Below, piece after piece: positions 12,405-34,765 of a DNA stretch of 64,000 bases. A program made the position numbers and the translations under genes. Where the stretch lies: the NCBI GenBank assembly GCA_002269645.1, contig NIVC01000162.1, positions 310,001 to 374,000 on the forward strand, read 5' to 3'. Under the pieces are notes generated by a model. The model saw only the letters and a list, made by a program, of their open reading frames with translations, made no database searches and had not been told where the DNA came from. This stretch comes from Macrostomum lignano. Lineage: Eukaryota. Each line of letters opens with the position of its first letter. Positions within the stretch are counted from its first letter, which is position 1.

Positions 12405-12720
12405 GCGTTCTATTGGCTGACTAACGTGTAGCATTTGTGTTTCTGCAGGCCGCTCCTCATTGGCTGACAGACAGCGGCTCAGGCTCGAAGGCAATCATAA
12501 AGAGAACTGTTTTTAGCCCCGCTATTAATCCCACTTCTGCAGCATAGTTGATCGATTTTTTTCGAGCTAACTCGCAGAAGTTTTTTCCACTTTGAAAGCG
12601 CTCCCGCAAAGCAATGCTAATACAGGTGTGAAATCAATGCGAATGTGAAGCAATAACGCTTCTGCTGGCTTCCGCAAGCAACTACTGAACTGCATCGAGT
12701 GGATCAGTGTGAGTTCCTAT
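12405..12720 (+). promoter_or_regulatory. Possible promoter and non-coding first exon
   Basis: Two attggctga (reverse CCAAT) motifs at ~12413 and ~12459 and a donor-like gtgagt at ~12709; no linked ORF. Confidence 0.25.
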
Positions 12721-12837
12721 CGGACTTTCTGTAGACACTGGGGATTTCACCGTGTGAAAAGTACAGTTTTTGTAGAGTGACTAAAAGAAGTGAAAAGTTG
12801 TTATATTCGGGTGTCAAACAAGTGATCTACTACACCA

Positions 12838-13260
12838 ATCTTCACTCCTCCTTGTCACTCTCCTGACCCCCGTTGTCCCTAATTGATAACCACTATAATC
12901 ACTCTTCACTCCCCCTTGTCACTCTCTTGACTCCCGTTGTCCCTAATTGATAACCACTATAATCACTCTTCACTCCTCCTTGCCACTCTCTTGACTCCCG
13001 TTGTCCCTAATTGATAACCACTATAATCACTTTTCACTCCTTCTTGTCACTCTCTTGACCCCTTGTCACAATTTAAAACCACTATAATCACTCTTCACTC
13101 CTCCTTGTCACTCTCTTGACCCAGAGTGTCGCTAGTGACAAATGGAGGTCAGGAGAGTGAGTGACAAGCAGGAGTGAAGAATGACTAGTGGTTGTCAATA
13201 GTGACAATGGGGGTCAAGAGAGTGATAAGCAGGAGTGAGAGAGTGACTATACGGTTAGTG
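12838..13260. repeat. ~64-bp tandem array followed by inverted copies (foldback structure)
   Basis: About 4.5 forward units (cttcactcc..ttgtcactctcttgac..ccgttgtccctaattgataaccactataatca), then about 2 reverse-complement units from ~13135 (gggggtcaagagagtga..aagcaggagtga). Confidence 0.8.
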
Positions 13261-13985
13261 CTTACTAGTGCGAGGAAGCCTGCAAGTATCCAACAGTTAC
13301 GAGCCAGCAGCCCTGGGATTCAAAATGCACTAAAAAAGACTGCAAATTGTAATCGACAATACAGTGGGACAAACGCATTAGAGTGATTGAACAATCTTCC
13401 ACCGCTCTGCCAGGCCTCTCCTCCTCCTCTGTATAACCCATGATCGGTGCTTGATACACGGTGTGGGAATCTCCCTCTCGCTAATCCCAACTGAACTGCA
13501 CATAACTGAGCTTGAGCAAGTCATTCAAAGCTCGTCTGAAGAAGGTGAAAACGCAATACGAAACGCACAAGCACACTGAAGGAACTGAACGGAGCCACCC
13601 CCCTTAGCTCGTACTCGCTCTCTGTCTGCCTGACCGCCTCCTTACTCTATATGACTACTTCCTTACCTTTCTGTATAACTCGCCCTTGCCTCTAATCAGG
13701 GTCTGAGTCAGGAATCTCTAAGCCGAAGGAATTTCTTTGCTCTTCAACGTTGCGCCGTTTTTTCTCTTCTCAATCTCTCTCCCTTTGCGTCTGCGTGGGT
13801 ACCGAACGGGAGAGCTGGGGGGAGGGGATTGACAGCTTCGAGGAGCGTACTTTACAGCTAATGCCGGCCTGTAAACGCCACTTGTCTCTCCTAACTTTAC
13901 TGTGTGGTAACCGACTGCCCATTTTAAAAGTCTGTGATATCCAGTTTCAGCGACCCTGAAGTTGTTTGGCCTTCAAAGTGACCGT

Positions 13986-14155
13986 TCCTGAAGTTGTCTG
14001 TACTTCGAGGTTATCCTGAAGTTGTTTGTCTGTACTTCGAGGTTATCCTGAAGTTGTTTGTCTGTACTTCGAGGTTATCCTGAAGTTGTTTGTCTGTACT
14101 TCGAGGTTATCCCGAAGTTGTTTGTCTGTACTTGAGACTGTTCTGAAGTTGTTTG
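13986..14155. repeat. 32-bp minisatellite, ~5 copies
   Basis: Unit ctgaagttgtttgtctgtacttcgaggttatc. Confidence 0.9.
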
Positions 14156-14695
14156 TTTCTGAAAATATCTGTATTTGAGGATGTCTGTACCTGAATTTCC
14201 CCAGCCTGAAGTACATGATTAAATCAGCTCAAACTAAGTCAGCTTTTCAACATCAATGAATAATTTTCGCCCTTTCCCTTATGCTTTCTATTAAATCTTG
14301 AAGATGTTTGTCCTGGATATGTACAATGTCTGATTCGCCTTGAGTAGATAGACTCAAGCCCAAAGTAGACGCAGTTCGTGCAGCATTTATCAAAGCAGAC
14401 GGGTATATAAATTTTGTAATTAGCTGAGACAAAATTGCTGCGGTAGGCAGCAGAGAACAGTATCCATGCCCCCCCGTGCTCTGCGAGATTTTGATTGACC
14501 ATCTTGGTTTGTTGTTGCAGAAGAAGAGATGGCCTGGGGAGGTAAGCTGAGCACAGATGAGCACAGATGCTCACTTAAGTTAAGCGAATGCGAGCCACCC
14601 ACTGCGATTTGTTGTAGCCAAACTGGGCTCCGGGGAACTGGTAAAATTGCAGTAAATTTCATTGCGCTTTGAGGCTAAACTTTTCAGTCTGTCAT

Positions 14696-14993
14696 AATCT
14701 GACAACAGACAATCTGACAACAGACAATCTGACAACAGACAATCTGACAACAGACAATCTGACAACAGACAATCTGACAACAGACAATCTGACAACAGAC
14801 AATCTGACAACAGACAATCTGACAACAGACAATCTGACAACTGACAATCTGACAACTGACAATCTGACAACTGACAATCTGACAACAGACAATCTAACAA
14901 CAGACAATCTGACAACTGACAATCTGACAACTGACAATCTGACAACAGACAATCTGACAGCTGACAATCTGACAACAGACAATCTGACAGCTG
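14696..14993. repeat. 15-bp minisatellite, ~20 copies
   Basis: Unit tctgacaacagacaa. Confidence 0.97.
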
Positions 14994-15585
14994 ATGTTGC
15001 TAATCAGATATTGCAGATTAAAACTAAACAAATATCTAAGAATAACATCGAAGCACTATCGATTAGGATATTGAACTGATTAATTTCCAAGAAAACCTTT
15101 ACAGGAAATCCGCGCAGTTTAAATTTCAAAAGATTACACGCGAAACTCGATGCCCGAAGCGGATGGGGCGGGGCGGGAAGGGCGGGCTCGAATGAAAAAT
15201 ATTGAATTCAATTTGCGCTGGGGCAGCGATAAGGCTTCCCGCTGCGCGTGCCCGATAGCAGACTCCGAGTTGGTGAAGCAGGATAAAAAGAAACATGTGG
15301 CTTCGTTGCTCCTTCATTCCTGCCGGCTGAGGGGGAGGCCCGATGCTAAGGAACAGCTGAAGAGGATCATTCTCCCCACGATCCAGAGCCTCAGCCAGCT
15401 ATAGGACTTCCCTTCACTAGCGGCTAATGGCAACTTAATCCGCAACCGCCGGGTGCTTCCGCCTGTTGAGTCGCCTGCTCTCCACCTCTCTCCCGCTTTC
15501 ACTCTCAGCAGGTTGCCTCCTTGAGCCTTACACAGATTAAAACTGAATTCACTAGGCCTCTCTGCAGTAATCTCGATCCTCACTC

Positions 15586-16650
15586 GTCTGTCACCCTCTC
15601 CACTGCCTGTCACCTCTCCACTGCCTGTCACCTCTCCACTGCCTGTCACCTCTCCACTGCCTGTCACCCTCTCCACTGCCTGTCACCTCTCCACTGCCTG
15701 TCACCCTCTCCACTGCCTGTCACCTCTCCACTGCCTGTCACCCTCTCCACTGCCTGTCACCCTCTCCACTGCCTGTCACCCTCTCCACTGCCTGTCACCT
15801 CTCCACTGCCTGTCACCCTCTCCACTGCCTGTCACCTCTCCACTGCCTGTCACCCTCTCCACTGCCTGTCACCCTCTCCACTGCCTGTCACCCTCTCCAC
15901 TGCCTGTCACCCTCTCCACTGCCTGTCACCCTCTCCACTGCCTGTCACCTCTCCACTGCCTGTCACACTCTCCACTGCCTGTCACCCTCTCCACTGCCTG
16001 TCACCCTCTCCACTGCCTGTCACCCTCTCCACTGCCTGTCACCCTCTCCACTGCCTGTCACCCTCTCCACTGCCTGTCACCCACTCCACTGCCTGTCACC
16101 TCTCCACTGCCTGTCACCCTCTCCACTGCCTGTCACCCTCTCCACTGCCTGTCACCCTCTCCACTGCCTGTCACCTCTCCACTGCCTGTCACCTCTCCAC
16201 TGCCTGTCACCTCTCCACTGCCTGTCACCCTCTCCACTGCCTGTCACCTCTCCACTGCCTGTCACCCTCTCCACTGCCTGTCACCCTCTCCACTGCCTGT
16301 CACCTCTCCACTGCCTGTCACACTCTCCACTGCCTGTCACCCTCTCCACTGCCTGTCACCCTCTCCACTGCCTGTCACCCTCTCCACTGCCTGTCACCCT
16401 CTCCACTGCCTGTCACCCACTCCACTGCCTGTCACCCTCTCCACTGCCTGTCACCCTCTCCACTGCCTGTCACCCTCTCCACTGCCTGTCACCCTCTCCA
16501 CTGCCTGTCACCTCTCCACTGCCTGTCACCTCTCCACTGCCTGTCACCCTCTCCACTGCCTGTCACCTCTCCACTGCCTGTCACCTCTCCACTGCCTGTC
16601 ACCCTCTCCACTGCCTGTCACCTTCTCCACTGCCTGTCACCCTCCCTCCA
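15586..16650. repeat. 18/19-bp minisatellite, ~57 copies
   Basis: Unit cacc(c)tctccactgcctgt. Confidence 0.97.
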
Positions 16651-17263
16651 TTGCCTGTCATCCTCTCCTCTTCTCTGCCATTCATTTTTGTGACTTTTGT
16701 ATCACAGATTTAACTCAAACGCTAGCGAACTTTATTTGTCAATCAAGTTATAGTTTAATACCCGCTATATACTACTTAGTAGAGACGTAATCAACTTCGT
16801 TATTGTAATCTTTAGCAATGTAATCACCCGTTGCCATGCAGTTGGGGTAAATAAAAAATGGATGTATCCAATTTAAGCATATGAAGAGGTGCTTTGTGTA
16901 AATCTTAAGCCGGTTGATCATCGCTTTTAATATCGCGATAGTTTACTAGAAATACCCCACCTATATTGCTTTGCGCGGCCAAATCAAATTTCCCAAGTTC
17001 TTAAAAGTGGCTTTACGAAAAAATTAAGTTTAGAAGGTGGAAGCTGGGCCTTTTTAATTTAATATTGTCTCCCAGACTGGGCCAGCCCTCCCATGGAGAT
17101 GCCATCTTCTCATCAGTCACGCCCGGAAAGATGCAGAATGCAATGTGCTGGGCTGCTTTCATTGTGCCGTCACGGACTGCAGAGTCAGAATAGGGAGCCT
17201 GGGTGATAAAGGGTGATGGTGGGAGTCAGTGCAACTTGCTTTGCTTCTCTAAAGCCGCTGAGT

Positions 17264-18539
<1,276 letters not shown>

Positions 18540-18949
18540 GTTCAATCTTGCCCTCTCCCCACCCACTCATCCTGCCCAGGTGGGGTGGAGAGCACAGATG
18601 AAGAGGAAGCTGCCTAGTCCACTTCCTGTCAAGGCCCCAGAACCGCAGCCATTTATTGCCCGCTGTTCCCATAGAACATCCACTTAGCCAGGGATTTGCG
18701 GGCTAACTGGTTAATTATCGAGACTCAGCAGTTCCCCAGGCCTGAGCTGGAGTCCTCCTGGCAAATGGAAATCAGCAGATTAATATTGATTCGCCAAAAT
18801 GCATCACATAGTATAATGCCTACATGCTTTCCCGGCTGGAATACGACAGAGAGAGCACAGTAATAATTTTAATGATTGCTAAAGCACTGCTTTGCTTTGT
18901 AACATTTGGAAACAGAGTCAAAGTAATAAGCATAGTCAATGATTGATGA

Positions 18950-19495
18950 TGTCAATAGCGCCAAGCTGATATCAGTGGCGCCAAATGGCTGTCAATAGCG
19001 CCAAGCTGATATCAGTGGCGCCAAATGGCTGTCAATAGCGCCAAGCTGATATCAGTGGTGCCAATTGGCTGTCAATAGCGCCAAGCTGATATCAGTGGTG
19101 CCAATTGGCTATCAATAGCGCGAGATGGCTGTCGATGGCGCCAAGCTGATATCAGTGGCGCCAAATGGCTGTCGATGGCGCCAAGCTGATATCAGTGGTG
19201 CCAATTGGCTATCAATAGCGCGAGATGGCTGTCGATGGCGCCAAGCTGATATAAGTGGCGCCAAATGGCTGTCGATGGCGCCCAATGGTTGTCAATAGCG
19301 CCAAATGGCTGTAGATGGCACCAAGCTGATATCAGTGGCGCCAAATGGCTGTCAATAGCGCCCAGCTGATATCAGCGGCGCCAAATGGCTGTCAATAGCG
19401 CCCAGCTGATATCAGCGGCGCCAAATGGCTGTCAATAGCGCCCAGCTGATATCAGCGGCGCCAAATGGCTGTCAATAGCGCCCAGCTGATATCAG
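18950..19495. repeat. ~40-bp minisatellite with truncated variants
   Basis: Unit gtcaatagcgccaagctgatatcagtggcgccaaatggct. Confidence 0.93.
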
Positions 19496-21519
19496 CTCGT
19501 AGTGCCGATTATCCAGGCTAACATCATGGCATTTATGAGCAAAGCCAGTAGCAGTGGACAAACAGCAGGACAAAGTCCAATTCAATCCCATGATTAACAG
19601 GACACAATAGCGCCTGACATTCGCATCGCATATTGTCCAGCCCGTGACCCGCCATCCAGCGCCACATATTGAATTGAATCACACAGAGAGACAGGACCGC
19701 AGAGGCAAAATGTCAGCCTCTAGAAGAAGAGTATTGAAGCCATGCTGTGGGGCCGCAGCTGTGCTCAATAGGATTAAGCAGAAATCCTAGCTGGCAGTTT
19801 ATTCTCATAATCTCAAGTCAAGAGAGGAACTCAATTCCCGCCGCATCCTGCCCGAGCAAACAGGCAGGCCTGTCTCACCTCAGTCTCATATCTCCTGTTT
19901 TCGAGTCAGCAGATAAAACACATCCCTAAATATTTGATCTGCTTCGCCACCTCTTGTAGGTCAGACCCTACTCAGACTCCTTGCAGCCATTGGGACTACT
20001 TCAGCTTCCATTGGAGCAGTTGATTTTTTTGCCCAGCTAGTAATAATCAGGGTTCCTGTCACGCTTCGCGTCCCGCATGAAGCATCCCGACAACAATAAA
20101 GCCACCACCCCCCTACTGGATGCCTAGCAGAGGATGCTGGTTGAGATTGGGCTCAATTTGAACAGATGAGGAGGCCTGCTATAGAAAGATGTGAGTGACT
20201 TTTTTCTCTTTGAGTAGCAGCAGCAGCAGCAGCAGCAGGACACGCCACTTCCTGCACTTTGGGAGCGTGCCTTCCGGTTGCCAGGCGGGCTAGAGAGAGA
20301 GGAGGGCAGGTGGGGCTGAGAGGCGAGGCCATAGGTGGGGTAACCCTGCCAGCCTCATCCGGAGCTGCAGCTTCCGTTTCTCGAGGCCATTCAGCTGAGC
20401 TCAAGAGCCCCCGGCCTTGGAGTTGGGGATGCTGAGCAGCAGTGCTCATGGCGCAATTTCGAAAGAAGGCTCAACTCAAACTCAGACTGAAAAAGCTTCT
20501 GGAGCCAACGGGGCTTTACTATCAATATAGCTTGCGGGGGGGGGCGGCTTTCCCCTCATGCTTCAAGAACTTCCTGGCTCCCCAGCCCCGTGACAGCGCT
20601 AATGAGGCCGGGCCACTGACTGAGGGGGAGGCAGGGGGGGGGAGATCGTAAAGACTGCGCTCTCGCCAAGAATCTCATCTCCAGAATCCCCCATCATATC
20701 TTTTCAATCCCCTCTGCCCCCGCCAGCACCGCCGTGATGTCACATCCCATCACTGCGGATAGTGGCTTCCCAGCGTCTCGTTCGCCCAGCCTCCGCTCTT
20801 CATCGAGAGCGCGGAGATTTCCGAGGGATTTCTGGCCAGCTACGGGGGAAAATAAAGAGTGGAGAAGACAGGCGGAGAGCTCGGGGCCCGGCGATAAAAT
20901 CTGCTAATTCCAGCGGCCACGATATGGGGAGGAAGGAGGAGTTTTCTCTTTTTGTTTATTCTTGCCTCCCCAGTCTCTAAATCCCCATCCCGCGGCGGCA
21001 GGGCGAATGAGGGAGACTTTTTTGATCCGTGGGATTATAAAGGCTTCACTGCTGCTCCCACCCCAATCCCTCATTTCTGTCTCTTCAATTCATTTCCCCA
21101 TTATAAATCAGGAACTGCGGCTAGCAAATGAAGTTAGTGAAAGCTCCGCGCTGCGCTCAAAAAGGAAGTTGCCATGGCGGTTGGAGGGGGGGGCACGGGG
21201 GGCTCTAAGCCGGTTGTTTCTGAGTCGCTCAGCATCCGGCTGCTGCATCGCTTCTGAGATTGTCCCGTTTCTTTTTTATTTGGGAAGACTTCGGAGCCAG
21301 GGCGATTCGATTCCTCGCGTGGCCGCATCAATTTGAGGCTTGGGCTTACCTGGCCTGGGGGTTTGCGTGCGACTCACAGCCGTGAGGGCCAACCTGTGAA
21401 GTGTACATGCCTGATGATTAGAAAGACAGGACCGATGTACACCCTGTGTGAGCGTGTGTGTGAGTGCGTGGCTGCGTACGAATCCGTGTGGGTGCTCACT
21501 GGCTGCGGTTCCACTGTCG

Positions 21520-22515
21520 TCAGATTTGGCTATTTAGAGTCAGATTTGGCTATTTAGAGTCAGATTTGGCTATTTAGAGTCAGATTTGGCTATTTAGAGT
21601 CAGATTTGGCTATTTAGAGTCAGATTTGGCTATTTAGAGTCAGATTTGGCTATTTAGAGTCAGATTTGGCTATTTAGAGTCAGATTTGGCTATTTAGAGT
21701 CAGATTTGGCTATTTAGAGTCAGATTTGGCTATTTAGAGTCAGATTTGGCTATTTAGAGTCAGATTTGGCTATTTAGAGTCAGATTTGGCTATTTAGAGT
21801 CAGATTTGGCTATTTAGAGTCAGATTTGGCTATTTAGAGTCAGATTTAGGTATTTAGAGTCAGATTTGGCTATTTAGAGTCAGATTTAGGTATTTAGAGT
21901 CAGATTTGGCTATTTAGAGTCAGATTTTAGGTGTTTAGAGTCAGATTTTGGTGTTTAGAGTCAGATTTGGGTGTTTAGAGTCAGATTTGGGTATTTAGAG
22001 TCAGATTTGGCTATTTAGAGTCAGATTTAGGTATTTAGAGTCAGATTTGGCTATTTAGAGTCAGATTTAGGTATTTAGAGACAGATTTGGCTATTTAGAG
22101 TCAGATTTAGGTATTTAGAGTCAGATTTGGCTATTTAGAGTCAGATTTAGGTATTTAGAGTCAGATTTGGCTATTTAGAGTCAGATTTTGGGTGTTTAGA
22201 GTCAGATTTTGGTGTTTAGAGTCAGATTTGGGTGTTTAGAGTCAGATTTGGGTATTTAGAGTCAGATTTGGGTATTTAGAGTCAGATTTAGGTATTTAGA
22301 GACAGATTTTGGGTATTTAGAGTCAGATTTAGGTATTTAGAGACAGATTTGGGGTATTTAGAGTCAGATTTAGGTATTTAGAGTCAGATTTGGGTATTTA
22401 GAGACAGATTTTGGGTATTTAGAGTCAGATTTAGGTATTTAGAGTCAGATTTAGGTATTTAGAGTCAGATTTGGGTGTTTAGATTCAGATTTGGGTATTT
22501 AGAGTCATATTTAGG
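21520..22515. repeat. 20-bp minisatellite, ~50 copies, homogeneous 5' half and degenerate 3' half
   Basis: Unit cagatttggctatttagagt. Confidence 0.97.
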
Positions 22516-23263
22516 TATTTGAGGTCAGATACTGGCATTTCGTAGATTCAGATATGTTTTTATATTAGAGTTTGTCATTTAGTTTCAGCTTCCTGCATTT
22601 TCATGTCCAAACCAAACAGGCTCTAAAAGCAGTATAAAAAGGTCCCCCGTTACCAGAAAAGTTTTTTTCCCAGAAAAATCAGGAGAGAAGCGCATCAAAA
22701 AGCAGCAGTTTGCAATGACAGCTACAACAGGCCACCCTGGGCCCTACCCTAATCTACCTACCCTGAATAGCAGTCATCGCAGTGGATTTCGGGTCAGGAA
22801 AGGCCCGCTGTTCACTTCGCACCGTCAGGCCGTGTATGGGTGTGGGGTGGGGGACATGCGTCCTGGCGATATTGGGATTCGGGATCTTGCGTCGCCCCCT
22901 GTCCTGGTTGGTCGTCGCCCGGATCCCCTATGCCGAAGCAGACTCGTTGGTGCGATCTTGCGGGGAAGCCCCCGTCCGCCATTCATTCATCCATCCCGCA
23001 TCCCCCTTGTGCTTTGCGTCCCCCTCTTCAACTCCGCAACTCCCTTCCCCTAGAAGCAGCAGATTTACCTTAATAACCGAGAAACTCCCGATCCCCCGTC
23101 CACCGCAGCTCTGGCCCCGCCTCCATACCGAACGAAGCCGCGCACATCTGCAGACCCTGACGGACACCATCAGCTGCTGTTCAAGAAGTTTCTATCGGCA
23201 AGAGAGAGAGAGAGAGAAAGCGAGAGAAATCTGCAACGTTAGCCGCAACAGGCTTGTCTGCTT

Positions 23264-30454
<7,191 letters not shown>

Positions 30455-31121
30455 TTGGAGAGAAATTTTCGGCGCAATAGTCAATGGCTAGCTAACCATT
30501 TTACTGCTTTTCCCGTTCAATGCCTGAATGATTTTTTTCTCGAACCAAGGCTCCCACCGTTTTCCGTGCAGTGAATACAGCTGTAACACTTGCTTGCCTG
30601 TGTTTTGTCCAACTAAATGCAAGAACTTGTTTGTGGCCCTTCATCTATTAAATCTGAGTTAGCTAACAATGCTAATATTACTACTCAATGTTTGTTAACA
30701 AAGTAGCAATGCTTGCATTTTAATCGCCTCCATACACTGTATATCAGCAGTGCAGAGGAACAGCTTTTCATGCTGGAATTCTATATCGATTTGTAAGCGA
30801 AATTAGGATTCTGAAATTTGGAATTTCAGAATGAGTCGAGAGCTGCTGCTGAGCCACCGACGTCCCCTGCTCATTCTCTAGCGAGTCGGAGGCAACTTCT
30901 ACAGATCTCTTTTTGTGCGGGCGATGTCGGTCTTGCCATTCTGCACAGGAAATGAACTTTATTTGCTTGATCTGCTTCGCTTGCATTAGTGTAGACTGCT
31001 TGCTAATTTTGCTTGCCCTACTTTCTGAGCCACAGATGCTTGGACTTAGGACTCTCTACTCGTTTGACAAAATCGTTTCCCAAGCTTCTATTCAGTACTC
31101 AGTGAAGAATGCGGTTCTGTG

Positions 31122-31551
31122 TGGGTGAGGAAGGGCAATAAAACTGGGCTAAAACAGACTGGGTGAGGAAGGGCAATAAAACTGGGTTAAAACGGACTGT
31201 TTGGGTGAGGAAGGGCAATAAAACTGGGCTAAAACAGACTGTTTGGGTGAGGAAGGGCAATAAAACTGGGCTAAAACAGACTGTATGGGTGAGGAAGGGC
31301 AATAAAACTGGGCTAAAACGGACTGTTTGGGTGAGGAAGGGCAATAAAACTGGGCTAAAACGGACTGTTTGAGTGAGGAAGGGCAATAAAACTGGGCTAA
31401 AACGGACTGTTTGAGTGAGGAAGGGCAATAAAACTGGGCTAAAACAGACTGGGTGAGGAAGGGCAATAAAACTGGGCTAAAACAGACTGTTTGGGTGAGG
31501 AAGGGCAATAAAACTGGGCTTAAAACAGACTGTTTGGGTGAGGAAGGGCAA
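31122..31551. repeat. 42-bp minisatellite, ~10 copies
   Basis: Unit gggtgaggaagggcaataaaactgggctaaaacagactgttt. Confidence 0.95.
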
Positions 31552-32157
31552 TTATATATTTGGTAAAATCGATTTTTTCCAAGAGACTATCACGTGACAA
31601 ATTTTGTGACCAGTGTTGCAATAATGTACATTTCGTGGCCGCGACAGGATGAATGTACGCGGCTTGACCTTAAAGCTGTTTAGATGGGCAATAAAAAGGG
31701 GGTTTGCTCGCGCAAAAGCAATTAAATACAGAGTACTATGGGGTGACGTATTTATTTATAATGGCTAGGTTTGATGCTAGTCAGGATAAAGTTGATCAAA
31801 ACAGAAAACAGTCATTTACAGGATCGGAGAAATTTTTGGCGAATCGATTTTCAACTTATTACAGTCATTAACTGCTTCGCTCCCGACGATGTACATAACT
31901 TGGCTATCGCGTCAACGATGCTCTGTATTAGGTTATTTTTTGCTATTGAATATTATTAGGACTCTAAACGTTTAAATTAAAAAATACAGAGATTTATGTC
32001 ATTAAAATCATTTTTCGAATTCTAGTCTGTTTGATTTATAGTTTAATAAATTAAACTAATTGTATCCAGCCGCAGCACGTTTGTCGGCCCCACAATCATA
32101 TCCGTCACTTTTTGTCTTGTCTTACCTTTTACTGTCACTTTCACGAACACTCCAGCC

Positions 32158-32580
32158 AGGGGCGTCGCCACCGGGGGGGGGGCAGGGGGGATATATCCCC
32201 CGCTAGTTAAAGCTATGGGGGGACATGCCAATGTTTTTTTCCCTCCTTCCCACCTTGTGACCCGTTGTGGAAATCAATAATTTTGCTGCAGGGCGACAAA
32301 TTAGCGCCTGCGGCTCCAAATTGAATGCCTGCGGCGCCAGAATGAGTGCCTGTGGCGCCAGAATGAGTGCCTGCGGCGCCAGAATGAGTGCCTGCGGCGC
32401 CAGAATGAGTGCCTGCGGCGCCAGAATGAGTGCCTGCGGCGCCAGAATGAGTGCCTGCGGCGCCAGAATGAGTGCCTGCGGCGCCAGAATGAGTGCCTGT
32501 GGCGCCAGAATGAGTGCCTGCGGCACCAGAATGAGTGCCTGTGGCGCCAAAATGAGTGCCTGTGGCGCCAGAATGAGCGC
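32158..32580. mobile_element. hAT-like MITE terminus followed by a 21-bp minisatellite
   Basis: caggggcgtcgcc terminus-like motif at 32158; array gcctgcggcgccagaatgagt at 32325-32580. No matching right TIR found. Confidence 0.4.
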
Positions 32581-32642
32581 TGACAACACAGATTCTGAAA
32601 ATATGTACATGTACAAATTCAGTCATGTACATGTACATGTAG

Positions 32643-32803
32643 GACTATGGGGTCGCCACACACCCTCAATTAACCCAGCTTATGCTGGCTGAATTTTACA
32701 GCTGGGTGAACTGAAGCAATGCAGAGTTAGGTGTCTTGCTCAATTACACAAATTGTTCCGAGTGGATCGAGAATCGAACCCTGGACCTTTCAGTCGTGAG
32801 GTG
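32643..32803 (-). mobile_element. tRNA-derived SINE, partial copy
   Basis: Reverse complement of 33465-33620 (B box, gcaagacac.taactctgcattgcttcagttcacccagctgtaaaat). Confidence 0.85.
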
Positions 32804-33428
32804 CGCGTGCACTTTAAAATGTCGGGCACAGTTTCGGCTTAGGCCATTATCAGCTTGAAGGGCACTGATAGACAAGCAACGTGAGAAAAGCATCAATAAA
32901 TTAAGGCGTGTGTATCTCTTATAGACAGATCGATTGCTGTGGGGAATTTCTGAATCTCAAGTGTGGCTTCGAGGGGAGGTGGCGGGGCTGACGACAAGCA
33001 TCTCTCTAAAGGTACACGGGAAGCAGAGCATTCTAAGAAATGATAATTCTAGAATTCTAACGAGGCAGCCGCGTGATTCCAGCATAAATAGATGAGCTGC
33101 CATTAGACTAAAAGTCTGAGCGTAAACTTGCCGGGAAATTTCTCCCGCCACTGAGAATTTCTCAAAGTGTGACTTTTATCTTTATTCACAAACATAATGA
33201 GCACTTGCTCTAACTCTGAGAATAATCTCATGATTTAGCAAATTCTCCTGCTCAGAGTCTCAGGCTTTTGAGCAAACAACTCACTTTACTCAGGAGCCTT
33301 CCACCGTGCCTGATATTTCATAGATTGAAATGCTTTCAACTTTAGACCAAACATTTTCTGATATTTTCCGTGTTTCTAGTCCAATTTCTTTATGAAGAAA
33401 TCATTTAACTGCATGCATTGAGTTCAAT

Positions 33429-33727
33429 GGGGTTGTAGCCTAGTGGTTAGAGCGTCGGACTCACGACTGGAAGGTCGGAGGTTCGATTCCCGATCCACTC
33501 GGAAAAATTTGTGTCCTTAAGCAAGACACTTAACTCTGCATTGCTTCAGTTCGCCCAGCTGTAAAATGGGTGCCAGCATTAACTGGGGTAATTGAGGGTG
33601 TGTGTGGCGACCCCCAGTCCTTGGACTGAACAGCCGTACGCAGCCTTCAGATGCGCCGCGCAATGGCTGCGGCTGAGCTGTCGGTTGCACATCTGCCCAT
33701 TGGGCCAGGTGTAATCAATTATTATTA
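33429..33727 (+). mobile_element. tRNA-derived SINE, full length (~300 bp), CORE-like central domain
   Basis: Pol III A box (tagcctagtgg) and B box (ggttcgattcc); central gtgtccttaagcaagacacttaac...ctgtaaaatggg; GC-rich 3' body; (ATT)n tail. Three copies in the window. Confidence 0.88.
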
Positions 33728-34238
33728 ATCATTATTGTTGAACTCAAAGAATTTCGTGCCAAAAAGTCAAGGGAGCCTGAGACTGTAGCCTCATCTGCTC
33801 ATCAGTGAGCATCACGTCAGCTGCGCGAAAAATTCGAATGACAATTAATAATTGAGCAGGACCGAATGGCAATGGCGACGGTGAATAAAAGATTTTGGGC
33901 TGATATCCTGAGCTCGGCTGAGCTGCCAGTCACGAACTTGGAAGCCATAAAAACACATGTAGATGAGTTCGGTGGAAATTGAATTGCTAAAATTACCTGA
34001 TCCCTCTAAGGATTAAAAACCTTGGCGGTGATTACGGAATTGAAATTGCATTGCTCAGTCTGTCGTGACAGTCTCTTCAATTATTTACGGGCTTCATCTT
34101 TACGGAAATTTCAAGCCGGAAAACAAATCTATGAAAAGATGATTGGCAACAGTTGAATACTCGTAAACTTAGTCAATTTTAACAAAACATTTTATCATTG
34201 AATTTTTAGAAATAAGCATTGCTTCTAACGATAAAACT

Positions 34239-34765
34239 TAGATTAGCTTTGAGTCTGAGAAAGTGCTCAGTGAGATTAGCTTTGAGTCTGAGCAAGTGCT
34301 CAGTGAGATTAGCTTTGAGTCTGAGCAAGTGCTCAGTGAGATTAGCTTTGAGTCTGAGCAAGTGCTCAGTGAGATTAGCTTTGAGTCTGAGCAAGTGCTC
34401 AGTGAGATTAGCTTTGAGTCTGAGCAAGTGCTCAGTGAGATTAGCTTTGAGTCTGAGCAAGTGCTCAGTGAGATTAGCTTTGAGTCTGAGCAAGTGCTCA
34501 GTGAGATTAGCTTTGAGTCTGAGCAAGTGCTCAGTGAGATTAGCTTTGAGTCTGAGCAAGTGCTCAGTGAGATTAGCTTTGAGTCTGAGCAAGTGCTCAG
34601 TGAGATTAGCTTTGAGTCTGAGCAAGTGCTCAGTGAGATTAGCCTTGAGTCTGAGCAAGTGCACAGTGAGATTAGCTTTGAGTCTGAGCAAGTGTTCAGT
34701 GAGATTAGCTTTGAGTCTGAGCAAGTGCTCAGTGAGATTAGCTTTGAGTTTGAGCAAGTTCTCAG
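34239..34765. repeat. 33-bp minisatellite, ~16 copies, upstream of GPCR-1
   Basis: Unit gagattagctttgagtctgagcaagtgctcagt (ctgagca-ag-tgctcag palindrome). Confidence 0.97.

Noticed and set aside
13330-13570. CTGAAGA...GAAAC at 13536-13564 plus an IQWDKRIRVIEQ fragment, suggesting a Penelope 3' end
   Set aside because: No helix II pairing, no NUH after GAAAC, and the peptide frame is broken; too weak to call.
33429-33500. tRNA gene candidate
   Set aside because: A and B boxes are present but the acceptor stem does not pair, and the sequence continues into a body shared with two other copies, so it is a SINE head.
34239-34765. Regularly spaced palindromic repeats resembling a CRISPR array (also 28040-28550)
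   Set aside because: No unique spacers, head-to-tail identical units, eukaryotic context, no cas genes.
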